From an uncultured Bacteroidota bacterium (GTDB taxonomy: Bacteria; Bacteroidota; Bacteroidia; Bacteroidales; 4484-276): a stretch of 64,000 bases of DNA. Position 1 is the stretch's first letter, and each line of letters begins with the position of its first letter. The position numbers were made by a program, and so were the translations under genes. The DNA lies in assembly GCA_937950125.1 (NCBI GenBank), contig CALFEP010000305.1, positions 978 through 64,977 on the forward strand, read 5' to 3'. A model generated the notes under the pieces. The model made no database searches. It was not told the DNA's origin and was given only the letters and a program-made list of their open reading frames with translations. Below are positions 17,088-27,054 of this stretch, piece after piece.

Positions 17088-20000
17088 TTACTGCACGATC
17101 ATTTTACCTACCCTGATCTTGTTGTCATGGTTGGTAATCATGACGTAAATACCTTTTTTTAAATCACTTACATCAATTTTATCGCCTGACGAAACTGATT
17201 TTCTGAACAGTACGGTTTTTCCAAAGAAATCATACACAGTCAGTTCAGTTCCCGGGCTGATATTGAAGATAGCAAATTCATCTGTAACAGGATTCGGATA
17301 AAACAGCAAAGGCGAAGACAAAAATTCTTCTATTCCCGATTGAATACAGTTGCTCCCGACTTCGTAGGAAATATATTTTGTAACAGACATGCCTCCGGCA
17401 AATGCAAATTTGCAAGCATAGCTGATGGTTGCCCCAATGGTTTGACCTGTGAGTGTGTAAGTAAATAACCGACCGCTTACATGGGTCATCTGCACTTCTG
17501 TAAATGGATTTTGCTTCCATAGGTAGGCTACCACGCCAGATTTCTCGTCTAACAGTTCAAAAGTAACAATCACATTGGTTCCAACGGTTTCGTAAGACCA
17601 GTTGTAGCCATCGGTAAATGAACCCTGTGAAGCCTCTGTTGACGTTCCGTTACACAGCATCAGGGGTGAAACGGTTATCTGTATGGTTTGGGAAATGCCG
17701 GTAGCCCCTTCATTGTCAGTGGCTATAGCATCGATGTTGTAGATTCCTGGGATTGGATTCCATTCAATGGTGAAGGGTGCAGTGCTAACCGATTGAATCA
17801 GGGTGTCGTTTTTAAAAAATTCAACTTTCTGCACGGTTCCGTCAAAATCGCTGGCTATTGCTGAGAGCGTTATGGTGTTTCCTTGAGTAAAAGTTGCATT
17901 TTGGGTTGGTGCTATGAGCGCAACCACAGGTGGCGCATTCTGGAATGCAGTAACCATAACAAGTACCTCGTCGCTATCGCTGTGCAGGCCGGGATTGGTT
18001 GCTTTTAAACTGAAGCTGTACATGCCCTCCTCAAGCCCTGAAACGTAAGGATTAACTGCAGCCGGATTTGAAATGGCTGCCAGCGTCGGGCCATAATTTT
18101 GTGTCCATAAAAAGCTGAGTGGTTGTCCACCTGATTCGCTGCTTGCTGAGCCATCCAGTGTGGCTGAATTCAGCGGAAGAATAACCTTAAAATCTTCACC
18201 GGCATTGGCTGTCGGATAGGTAAAATTCAAATCACCTGTCCTGGTGAAGGTTAATTTTCCAAGATTAAATTCCCCGGCTGAAAATGCGATACGCAATACC
18301 TGCTGGCCGGGCGTGAGTGGCAGATTATTCACAGTTTTTGTAGCCCACACATCCCACCCTGAGGTGGTTGGAACAGAAATGGGATCGGAAATTGCCAGTC
18401 CGTCTGCCAACATTGTAAAAGGCCCTCCACCTGCTGTATTGTCTGAAGCATAGCGGAAAGCCAGCGAATAAAAACCTGACTGTGCAACATTTACAGTATA
18501 TTCTGTCCATTCTCCGGAGGCAATGTACTCAATGGTTGCACCTTCAACGGGATTAAGAAAAGCATCCACGGATTCATTGGTTCTGTAATCGCCTTTATTG
18601 TTGGCATCCGAATCAAAATAGGAAATATTCTGTCCTTTTCCCCCGATGTAAAAATCGTAGTTGCCTGCCTCAAGGGTTCCGGGTATCGTCAAAGCTCCAC
18701 CACCATAAGGATACTGGTCGCCAACCTGTACTTTAACAGTATTGGTGATGTTGAACCTGTCACCATCGAAAATTTTAGCATAAAAGCTGTGAATTCCAAA
18801 CTGCAGGTTTGTGGCATTGAAGGTAAAAGGCGGGGAGATGACAGTTCCCAGAGAAGTTGAACCATCCATAAACTCAACTTTCGTGGGTGAACCGGCAGTG
18901 ATATTCAAATTCAGATTTACATTTCCTCCAAGGAATGCCTGCCCGAACGGGGTGGATAAATCGCCGGTAACGCTACAATCAAGGCTGGTCACCATCTTCC
19001 CCGCAGGAACCTCAAGTTGATATCCATCGGAAAAGTTGACAGTGATGGGTTCATCAGCGTAATTGTTTGCCACATAGTTGGTAATGCCGTTGGAGTTAAA
19101 TGCCATTGCACCAGGGTAATCGCTGGTAATGTCAGGGTTAAATTGCCCCAGGGCATTCATGGCATGAATCCAGTGGTAGGTTTGCGCATCCGAAACGCCA
19201 AATTTCAATTCACGGTCAGGATACGAGTTATACATTCCGATTGCCTGCTCCGGATCGATGAACGAAAGAAATTTCCACCACTCGTCGAGCCATAGGTTGG
19301 GATTTGGATCATTGTTCAGAATACCCGTGTTGGCAGCCACTTCATTCCACAACTGTAGTGTATAATCTGCATCAATTGCAAGGTAGAATGAACCACCCTG
19401 GATGGGGTAAATTTCGATACCGTAAGAGGCGGCAATATCGCCGGTCCAAAAGGTCTGGTTATCGAAAGCATTTCCCCAAAGCCTCGAAATGAGCGAATAT
19501 TGCTGCGATGGAGGAAAATTCCGGTTGTGAATATCCAGATAATATTCTTCAATTCCTGTATATTCGGTGGTGTAAAGGTAAATACCCAGGTCGCGGATGG
19601 CATCATTGCCGGTAACAGCGCCCCATTGGATGAGTGCTGAACTAAACATCATGCTCTCGGAGCTTGATTCCTGATTGTTGCCGTTGGGATATCCTGCAAA
19701 CCCATCTGCCCAGCTATGCCCGGCGTATGGACTGAAATTTCTCAGGTAAGGAAACATCGGATCGTTGCGGTCATTTGAAGCAGCATCTCTCACAAGCAAA
19801 TTCACCATTCCTCCCCAGTTTTCAGCCCATCCCGGCTCATATTGTTCCACAAAGGCACATGCCTGAATAAAATATCCCCAGTGAAAGTGATGGTCGTTCA
19901 GATTTCCATCCTGACCATAACCGGCCGGATAACCAATCATCGACGACCAGCCTGAATTGTAATAAAAAAGGAATGCCACCTCTCCGGGTTCGGCTTTCAG

Positions 20001-21218
20001 CCAGTCTTCAAGACGGGTCTTAATGGTGTTTAATATCAGATTGCCTGATTCAACGTTGCCCATTAAATAGGCAATACGGCCGGTTTGCAGCAACTGGTTG
20101 AAGACCTGTCCTTCGTTATACGAGTCAGTCCAGTCAGCCATGACCGTATTTTCAAGATTTTCAATTTTTTCTGTCAGAGAAAAAGGCGAAAAGCCTTCAC
20201 TATAATAATCAACATAGGGAAGTGTCGGGAGCATTCCATGAAAAGTATTTTCCACACTAAAACTGTTGCCAGCCAACGTTTTCATTTCACCACGAATGAC
20301 CGCATAGCTGTATTTGTCAGGAACGGGTGAATCGTCAGCCAGATTTGCCCATTGGTGTGGCAACAGCCCCAGAAGCATCTGGGTTTTGTCCCCTTCTTTA
20401 ACTTCGGTTTCCACCAAAAAATCGGTTCTTAACACCGAGGTGATTTCGTCATAACTATATGATGCAGTAGTATTTACAGGGAAAACGTAAGCGTAATCTT
20501 TGTATTCCTCGGCCACTGCAGCCACATTTGAGGCTGTGAGCGGAATGAAACCCAGCGACCAGTAATTTTTTCCATTCAATGTTGACGTGTAAGTGTTTCC
20601 ACTTTGGTTCCAGGTGCTTCCCGTGGGCGCATACACCGCAAAATCAGCTCCGTTCCGAGCGTCGGTAACGATCAGCATTTCGCCGGAAATGGCAACCGTC
20701 CCCGAATTTACCTTGACCGACGCTACATCGTTTTGGTTTTTGGTGAAATAAAGAAATGGCATCCCCACACCCGATGTGGCCTGAAAATGGTGCAGTCCAT
20801 CGTTCCAGCTGAAAGTTGCTGTCCAGTCAGAGTAATCCGATATTGTGGTATTTCCGGCGTTCAACCCCGATACACCAACGACAACCGGCTGTATGTCGTC
20901 AATCGGGCCAAAAGGGATGTAAGTTACTACCAGCCCCTGATTGGTAGTTTTCATCGTAAACGGGTAATTGAAAAGATTGGAAGCCTGCCCGTTTTTCATC
21001 AGCGCCGACCACCAGTCGTTGGTTGGAACAGGCTTTCCTGAAGCATTCCCGCTAAGAAAAGGTGTGCCCGTTGGAAAAGTATTCCTGCCAGCAGGATCAA
21101 CACCGGGGAAAACCGTGGTGTAGGCGCCACTTCCAACCGGAACAAATTGAGAAAATCCATGCTGCACCATTACCATCAGCATCAGATTAATAATTAGTAC
21201 AGTAAGTTTCTTTGTCAT
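17088..21218 (-). CDS. GH81 endo-beta-1,3-glucanase with CBM6-like, PKD and Ig-like modules, a further beta-sandwich module and T9SS CTD
   Basis: GH81 signatures are 'PVPTNDWWSAL', 'LNDHHFHWGYFI' and 'NNQESSSESMMF'. A CBM6-like stretch reads 'GTLEAGNYDF...EWTEYTVNV...LRIAF'. The CTD is 'FYPNPVTDEFAIF...GIYVMITN'. The start is trimmed to the ATG at 21218, giving MTKKLTVLIINLMLMVMVQHGFS|Q. Confidence 0.85.
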   Translation of the reverse strand: MTKKLTVLIINLMLMVMVQHGFSQFVPVGSGAYTTVFPGVDPAGRNTFPTGTPFLSGNASGKPVPTNDWWSALMKNGQASNLFNYPFTMKTTNQGLVVTYIPFGPIDDIQPVVVGVSGLNAGNTTISDYSDWTATFSWNDGLHHFQATSGVGMPFLYFTKNQNDVASVKVNSGTVAISGEMLIVTDARNGADFAVYAPTGSTWNQSGNTYTSTLNGKNYWSLGFIPLTASNVAAVAEEYKDYAYVFPVNTTASYSYDEITSVLRTDFLVETEVKEGDKTQMLLGLLPHQWANLADDSPVPDKYSYAVIRGEMKTLAGNSFSVENTFHGMLPTLPYVDYYSEGFSPFSLTEKIENLENTVMADWTDSYNEGQVFNQLLQTGRIAYLMGNVESGNLILNTIKTRLEDWLKAEPGEVAFLFYYNSGWSSMIGYPAGYGQDGNLNDHHFHWGYFIQACAFVEQYEPGWAENWGGMVNLLVRDAASNDRNDPMFPYLRNFSPYAGHSWADGFAGYPNGNNQESSSESMMFSSALIQWGAVTGNDAIRDLGIYLYTTEYTGIEEYYLDIHNRNFPPSQQYSLISRLWGNAFDNQTFWTGDIAASYGIEIYPIQGGSFYLAIDADYTLQLWNEVAANTGILNNDPNPNLWLDEWWKFLSFIDPEQAIGMYNSYPDRELKFGVSDAQTYHWIHAMNALGQFNPDITSDYPGAMAFNSNGITNYVANNYADEPITVNFSDGYQLEVPAGKMVTSLDCSVTGDLSTPFGQAFLGGNVNLNLNITAGSPTKVEFMDGSTSLGTVISPPFTFNATNLQFGIHSFYAKIFDGDRFNITNTVKVQVGDQYPYGGGALTIPGTLEAGNYDFYIGGKGQNISYFDSDANNKGDYRTNESVDAFLNPVEGATIEYIASGEWTEYTVNVAQSGFYSLAFRYASDNTAGGGPFTMLADGLAISDPISVPTTSGWDVWATKTVNNLPLTPGQQVLRIAFSAGEFNLGKLTFTRTGDLNFTYPTANAGEDFKVILPLNSATLDGSASSESGGQPLSFLWTQNYGPTLAAISNPAAVNPYVSGLEEGMYSFSLKATNPGLHSDSDEVLVMVTAFQNAPPVVALIAPTQNATFTQGNTITLSAIASDFDGTVQKVEFFKNDTLIQSVSTAPFTIEWNPIPGIYNIDAIATDNEGATGISQTIQITVSPLMLCNGTSTEASQGSFTDGYNWSYETVGTNVIVTFELLDEKSGVVAYLWKQNPFTEVQMTHVSGRLFTYTLTGQTIGATISYACKFAFAGGMSVTKYISYEVGSNCIQSGIEEFLSSPLLFYPNPVTDEFAIFNISPGTELTVYDFFGKTVLFRKSVSSGDKIDVSDLKKGIYVMITNHDNKIRVGKMIVQ

Positions 21219-22395
21219 TTTGCTTCCTTTTTGAATAACCGAGGTGGTTTTGTCAAGAACATTTGATTTTGGCGAAATTATTATCAATGAATGCGTTATC
21301 CAAATTTTTTACCACAGCAAAATTTCATCATTACAGGTCGCCGATTACATCAATAATACATCATTCGATGTTGTAGCATTCATAAATAAAGCATTTCAGC
21401 ATTGATGGTGTTTAAAATTGGCTATCTCTACACATCACTTACAATGTGGTTAAACATTGTTTTGTGAAGCTTGTATAAAACATGGTGCAATAAAAATGGT
21501 AAGAATTTAATAATAAGAAAAATAGCTGAAGTGCCAATTCCCTTTCTGGCAAATCAAAAGTTGCCTGAATCACGGGGTTATTATTCAATTTACTGGTGAA
21601 AATCATCCATCATTCTAACCTGAATTTTCATAAATATCAGCCCATGGAACAAGAATAATACGTGTTCCGGACGAATTTTGCAAATAAGCAATGGTAAGGG
21701 CAAGTCCTGAAAATATCCCTGCTTTGCCGCCTGGCAGGCACGTTTCGTAATGTTTGTGAATAAATCAGGCGAAAGGGCATTTGATTATTATTTTGTAAAT
21801 TCAAACCGCCTGATCCGGTTATGATTTTCTGTGAGGTGAAAGAAGTGATTTACAGGATATGCTGTCGCAGTTGAGATTTCTCGGTTGCTTTGCCAAATAT
21901 TTCACTAACAAAAAGAAATGAATGTCAGCAAGAGGTGGATTCTACCCCCGCACGTCCCAAAAACCTGACTGCCTTCTCAACTTTGGCTGGCAGGCCGAAA
22001 GGAATCTGAAATTTCAGGGTAATGTCTTTTTCAACAGGTTAGGCGTTTTGAATTTGGTTTAAAAGATTGATGGCAATGCTGCTGCTTTCTTTCATTTTAA
22101 CGGCAGTTTTGTGTGTCCGTTGGTCCAGTTGGCGTAAGTTTTCGGTGGAGAGAATGGCAAACCTGTGTCGGGTTTGTTTGTTCTTTCGTTTTACGATATT
22201 GCAGATTATTTTGTCATGATGTTGCAATTGCATTTCATCCTGAGTCTTTACTTTGCTTCAAATTAGCGATGTACTTTCCGGTGAATGCTTTGATCCGTTC
22301 AGATTAGGCGAAAATCGTTTCAAAAAATCGCATTGTTTTGGTTTGTCAGCAATGGCGACCAGTTTAACATTCAGGGTGGAAAATTGTTTTTATTG

Positions 22396-22403
22396 TACTT
22401 TTG
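22396..22403 (+). promoter_or_regulatory. Candidate Bacteroidota -7 box (TAnnTTTG)
   Basis: TACTTTTG lies 22 nt upstream of the radical-SAM ATG at 22425. Confidence 0.35.
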
Positions 22404-22424
22404 AACGGTTAAATACGCCAATTT

Positions 22425-23204
22425 ATGTCAGGATTTTTGTTTAATGAAATGATTTTTGGACCCATACGCAGCAGGCGTTTGGGCAACTCGTTGGGAATTA
22501 ATTTATTGCCAACCGGCCATAAAATTTGTACTTTTAATTGTATTTATTGCGAGTGCGGATGGACTAAGGATGAACATGGTACTAAGCAGTCATTGCCGAT
22601 GCGCGGCGACCTACGACAGGCGCTCGAAACCAGGCTTATTCAACTGCAGGCAACATCCAATTTTCCCGATTCAATAACCTTTGCCGGAAATGGCGAACCA
22701 ACCATGCACCCTGAGTTTTCGGGTATTGTTGATGATACGGTTTCGCTAAGAAATAAATATTTTCCAAATGCAGAGATTACGGTGCTTTCCAATTCGAGCC
22801 TGATCGATAAACCCAGTGTTTTTCAGGCTTTGATGAAGGTTGACAACAACATTCTGAAACTGGATGCCGGCACGGAAGAAACATTCAGGCTGATCAACAA
22901 TCCGGGCTCGGATGCGCTTACGCTTGAAAAAATTGTTGGAAACCTTCGCAGGTTCAGGCAAAAAGTAATTATTCAAACATTGTTTGTAAGAGGTGAAATA
23001 AATGGCCAACAGGTTGACAACACCACCGAAGCTGAGGTAGAAGCCTGGCTTGGCCACATCAGCAACATCAGGCCACGGTATGTAATGCTTTACCCCATCG
23101 ACCGGGCCACGCCAGCTCCGGGACTGATAGCGGTGCCAAAGGAAGAGCTTTTCGAGATTGCCGAAAAACTTAAGAAAATCAGGGTCAGATCAAGTGTTTA
23201 TTAA
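22425..23204 (+). CDS. Radical SAM protein
   Basis: The CxxxCxxC cluster motif is 'CTFNCIYCEC', preceded by 'FGPIRSRRLGNSLGINL'. Confidence 0.8.
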   Translation: MSGFLFNEMIFGPIRSRRLGNSLGINLLPTGHKICTFNCIYCECGWTKDEHGTKQSLPMRGDLRQALETRLIQLQATSNFPDSITFAGNGEPTMHPEFSGIVDDTVSLRNKYFPNAEITVLSNSSLIDKPSVFQALMKVDNNILKLDAGTEETFRLINNPGSDALTLEKIVGNLRRFRQKVIIQTLFVRGEINGQQVDNTTEAEVEAWLGHISNIRPRYVMLYPIDRATPAPGLIAVPKEELFEIAEKLKKIRVRSSVY

Positions 23205-23218
23205 ACCATTCATACCTT

Positions 23219-23635
23219 TTGATACCCGTGAAAAACCTTTATGATTATCCGGTTAAGATTTTATTGGCTTTTGAGATGGCAATTTCGGGCGATAAAAATT
23301 TTTTTCAATGGTTGTTGGAAAACAATTTTCCTGAGCTGGCTGCCCTCTCCAACGCCATCAGGGGAAATACGGATGCCATAAACTGGCTGGTAAATCATGG
23401 TTACAGGCATTTTGCTGCTTTTGATGCAGCCTCGGTTGATGATGATAATGCCATGAAATGGCTTGAAAATCACAGCTACACTTTTCTTGCTACACTTGCC
23501 AAAGCCAGCCGCGGACAACAAAATTCTATTGATAAATTAAACCAGCTCGATCTGGAGATTTTTGTCAGGATAGCCCGCCGTATCAAAGAATTTTCCGATG
23601 GACAAACTTTTGATTATCACAAAATTCCTTTTTAA
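23219..23635 (+). CDS. Hypothetical protein with internal repeats of about 30 aa
   Basis: A repeated pattern '..(F/A)..WL.(E/N)(N/H)..........A.RG' is visible. The start is uncertain (TTG 23219, GTG 23228 or ATG 23276). No family was recognised. Confidence 0.45.
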   Translation: MIPVKNLYDYPVKILLAFEMAISGDKNFFQWLLENNFPELAALSNAIRGNTDAINWLVNHGYRHFAAFDAASVDDDNAMKWLENHSYTFLATLAKASRGQQNSIDKLNQLDLEIFVRIARRIKEFSDGQTFDYHKIPF

Positions 23636-23773
23636 ACCTGAAATTTAATTCATTTGCTAAAATGTGAAATGCCATCAAATTGCTGATGGTAAATCGAAAA
23701 ACAGATATGATTGACCAAAAAATGAAAACCTTCCGACAGGTTATTTTAACCTCCTTTAATTTAAATTGATGAA

Positions 23774-24832
23774 ATGATGAAAAATCCTTTAGACAAAAAA
23801 CAGCGGCTGATATTACCTGATATTCTGAAAGGAATTGCCGTTGTTCTGATGATTCAGGTTCACCTGATGGAAAATTTTGCTTCCCCGGAAGTTTACGCAA
23901 GCTGGCTGGGAAAAATTTCACTTTTTCTGGGTGGGCCGCCTGCCGCCCCTGTCTTTATGGCCTTGATGGGTTTTTTTATTGCATTTTCGGGTAAAAGCTT
24001 CAGGGTGAATATAACACGGGGCTTTAAACTTATTGTCCTGGGGATAGTGTTAAACATAGGATTAAACCTGCATCTGCTGATATTGATCATGAATGGAGCG
24101 GTTGACCATAATCCGTGGCACTATGTGTTTGGCGTTGACATTTTATTTGTAGCCGGGCTTAGCATCATCCTCATCACTTTGTTATCAAAAGTGCTGAAAG
24201 AAAACCTGGCGGGCTGGGCAGTAATGGTTTTGCTTTTTGCCTCCTTAAATCCCTGGTTACCGGTTTATTCTGGCCAAACCGAATGGATAAAATATGTTCA
24301 GGCATTTTTCTGGGGAAATTCCGGATGGTCGTATTTTCCAGTTTTTCCTTGGTTTGCCTATCCATTAACCGGGTACATTTTTTCGCTGTTGATGAAGAAA
24401 TACGAAATACACAAAATTTCGGAAACCAATAAGCTGTATGCCGCAGCTGCTGCTTTACTTGCCGTTGTGGTAACCTTCAGCTACGGATTTCAAACCACAA
24501 TTTTACTCACGGAATATTACCACCATGCTTTCACCTTCTTTTTGTGGACAATTGCATTTTTGCTGTGCTGGCTGATATTTGCCGATTTGTTGTTCAAAAA
24601 AGCAGAAAACCATTTTCTGGTCAAATACCTGGTGTGGACCGGAAAAAATGTAACCACTTTTTACGTCATTCAATGGTTGATCATTGGCAATGTGAGTACG
24701 TATCTTTTCCAAACACAACGTGCGTGGCAGTTTGTAATGTGGTTTCTTTTGATCCTCCTGACGGTAAGTGTATTTGTTTTACTTTTTAATAAATTGAAAG
24801 AGAAATTTATAACTAAAAAAAGCAATATTTAA
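23774..24832 (+). CDS. DUF1624 / heparan-alpha-glucosaminide N-acetyltransferase-like membrane protein
   Basis: The N-terminal 'RLILPDILKGIAVVLMIQVHL' is followed by about 10 TM segments. Confidence 0.6.
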   Translation: MMKNPLDKKQRLILPDILKGIAVVLMIQVHLMENFASPEVYASWLGKISLFLGGPPAAPVFMALMGFFIAFSGKSFRVNITRGFKLIVLGIVLNIGLNLHLLILIMNGAVDHNPWHYVFGVDILFVAGLSIILITLLSKVLKENLAGWAVMVLLFASLNPWLPVYSGQTEWIKYVQAFFWGNSGWSYFPVFPWFAYPLTGYIFSLLMKKYEIHKISETNKLYAAAAALLAVVVTFSYGFQTTILLTEYYHHAFTFFLWTIAFLLCWLIFADLLFKKAENHFLVKYLVWTGKNVTTFYVIQWLIIGNVSTYLFQTQRAWQFVMWFLLILLTVSVFVLLFNKLKEKFITKKSNI

Positions 24833-24834
24833 GG

Positions 24835-26979
24835 ATGAAAAACAGGATTTTATTTCTGATCAGCATTTGCTGGTTTCTTTGGGTCAATGATGCCGTGGCT
24901 CAGGAAAAACTTTTTAAAACCAGCGACCTTCTCAACCGGGAGCTTTATCCCGAAACTATGAATAACCTCGCCTGGCGGGGCGATTCAGATTTTTTTACCT
25001 ACCTGAAAAGCAATGCACTTATTCAGAAAAATGCTACTGATCCGGCGAAAGCTGATACCGTGCTCAAAATTTCAGATTTAAACCAAAAAATCAAAAACCT
25101 GCAGGAAGAGGAATTGATGAGGTTCCCCGGAATAACCTGGCTCGACACCCAACGGTTTTATTTTACGAATAAAAATGCAATTTATCTTTTCAACCTGACT
25201 GATTCGATGCTTAAAAAAGTGAATAGCTGGGATGAAAATGCTGATAATTTGAATATTGATGAAAAAAACCTGTCGGTAGCCTACACCATCGAAAGCAATT
25301 TGTTTGTGGCTGTTAATGGTCGTAAAATGCAGGTTTCTGATGTTGCCGGGAACAACATCTTGTATGGTCATGTTCCTTCGCGCAACGAATTTGGCATAAA
25401 TCAGGGAAGTTTTTGGTCGCCCGACGGAAAAGTGCTGGCTTTTTACCGGATCGATCAATCGGAAGTTGCTGATTATCCTTTGGTTGACATTTACAATCCC
25501 ATTGCGAGTGCCAGCCCCGAAAAATATCCCATGGCTGGTTCGAAGAGCCAGAAGGTGAGCCTCGGAATTTTCAATCCCGCCATGAATGAAATAACCTACC
25601 TTAAAATATCAGGTGGTGAAAACCAGTATCTGACTTCGATAACCTGGGGGCCCGACAGTGATGTGTTGTACGTTGGTGTTTTAAACCGTGGTCAGGATCA
25701 TTTAAAATTGAATAAATATGACGCCCGAACTGGTGATTTTATGAAAACACTGTTTGAAGAAACCAATCAACGGTACGTCGAACCCTTGCACAACCTGCAT
25801 TTTTCAAAGTCGAATCCCACTCAGTTTGTTTGGCAGAGCAGGCGCGATGGCTGGAACCATCTCTATCTTTACAATACCGACGGAAATTTGATACGACAGC
25901 TAACCAACGGTGAATGGGAAGTAACCAACCTTTTGGGTTTTGATGCTGACGGGAAGAAAGTACTTTTTGAAGCTACTGAAGTAAGTCCGCTGGAAAATCA
26001 TTTTTATGAAGCCGATGTTAAAAAAGGGCAAATTAAGCGATTAACAACTGCTGAAGGTGTTCATAGCATCATTCCGTCTGCAGGTAATAAATATTTTCTG
26101 GATGTTTTGAGCAGTGTGAAAATGGCACGTGGTTACTACCTTTTTAACCAGGAAGGAGAAATCATTTCATCTTTGCTCGAGGATGCAAATCCTTACGAAG
26201 GTTACAAAACCGGCGAAATGAATTTTATCACACTCAAAGCCGATGACGGTAAAACCGATTTGTATGCCCGTTTGATAAAACCCGTGGATTTCAATCCGTC
26301 TTTAAAATATCCGGCCATTGTTTATGTTTACGGTGGGCCGCATGCACAGCTGGTTGACAAATCGTGGACCGGAGGAGCAGGATTCTGGCTGAATTACCTC
26401 GCGCAACAGGGCTATGTGGTTTTTACACTCGACAACCGTGGTTCTGCAAACCGGGGTTTTGAATTCGAAAGAATCATCCATCGCCAATGCGGCGAAAAAG
26501 AAATGGCCGACCAGATGACTGGTGTGAAATACCTGAAATCGCTCAGTTTTGTTGACAGCACCAGGATAGGTGTGGATGGCTGGAGTTATGGCGGTTTTAT
26601 GACAATTTCACTTTTTCTCAGGCACCCGGGCGTCTTTAAAGCCGCGTGTGCCGGAGGCCCGGTAATCGACTGGAAATGGTACGAGGTGATGTACGGTGAG
26701 CGCTACATGGATACACCCATGGAGAATCCTGACGGATACCAAAAAGCCAGTCTGCTAAATTATGTGGATCAGCTTCAGGGCGACCTTTTGATTATTCACG
26801 GAACCAATGATCCGGTTGTGGTTTGGCAAAACAGCCTTACCTTCTTAGACGAATGTATCAATCAGGGCAAACAGGTGGATTATTTTGTGTATCCCGGCGC
26901 TGAACACAACATGCGTGGAAAAGCCAGGGTGCACCTTTTTGATAAAATTTCCGGCTTTTTTGAAGAAAACCTTAAATAG
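24835..26979 (+). CDS. Dipeptidyl-peptidase IV (S9B serine peptidase)
   Basis: The catalytic Ser motif is 'GWSYGGFMT'. The 'IHGTNDPVV' and 'GAEHNM' triad regions are present, along with an N-terminal beta-propeller region. The signal peptide ends 'DAVA|Q'. Confidence 0.9.
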   Translation: MKNRILFLISICWFLWVNDAVAQEKLFKTSDLLNRELYPETMNNLAWRGDSDFFTYLKSNALIQKNATDPAKADTVLKISDLNQKIKNLQEEELMRFPGITWLDTQRFYFTNKNAIYLFNLTDSMLKKVNSWDENADNLNIDEKNLSVAYTIESNLFVAVNGRKMQVSDVAGNNILYGHVPSRNEFGINQGSFWSPDGKVLAFYRIDQSEVADYPLVDIYNPIASASPEKYPMAGSKSQKVSLGIFNPAMNEITYLKISGGENQYLTSITWGPDSDVLYVGVLNRGQDHLKLNKYDARTGDFMKTLFEETNQRYVEPLHNLHFSKSNPTQFVWQSRRDGWNHLYLYNTDGNLIRQLTNGEWEVTNLLGFDADGKKVLFEATEVSPLENHFYEADVKKGQIKRLTTAEGVHSIIPSAGNKYFLDVLSSVKMARGYYLFNQEGEIISSLLEDANPYEGYKTGEMNFITLKADDGKTDLYARLIKPVDFNPSLKYPAIVYVYGGPHAQLVDKSWTGGAGFWLNYLAQQGYVVFTLDNRGSANRGFEFERIIHRQCGEKEMADQMTGVKYLKSLSFVDSTRIGVDGWSYGGFMTISLFLRHPGVFKAACAGGPVIDWKWYEVMYGERYMDTPMENPDGYQKASLLNYVDQLQGDLLIIHGTNDPVVVWQNSLTFLDECINQGKQVDYFVYPGAEHNMRGKARVHLFDKISGFFEENLK

Positions 26980-27000
26980 GATCCGGAATCCTGAACTCAA

Positions 27001-27040
27001 AAAAAAACCTCTGTACCATGATGGATACAGAGGTTTTTTT
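27001..27040. terminator. Bidirectional rho-independent terminator between convergent genes
   Basis: The structure is A7-CCTCTGTA(27008-27015)...TACAGAGG(27026-27033)-T7. Confidence 0.75.
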
Positions 27041-27054
27041 ACCTGAACTGATTT

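Noticed and set aside
21522-21756. Sigma-54 -24/-12 promoter-like strings upstream of the GH81 gene: TGGCAC on the minus strand at 21533-21538, and TGGCA at 21548 and 21742 on the plus strand.
   Set aside because: The GG-to-GC spacing is wrong (9 or 15 nt instead of 12), or the -12 GC is missing (TTTCG). Two of the three are also on the wrong strand for the downstream gene.
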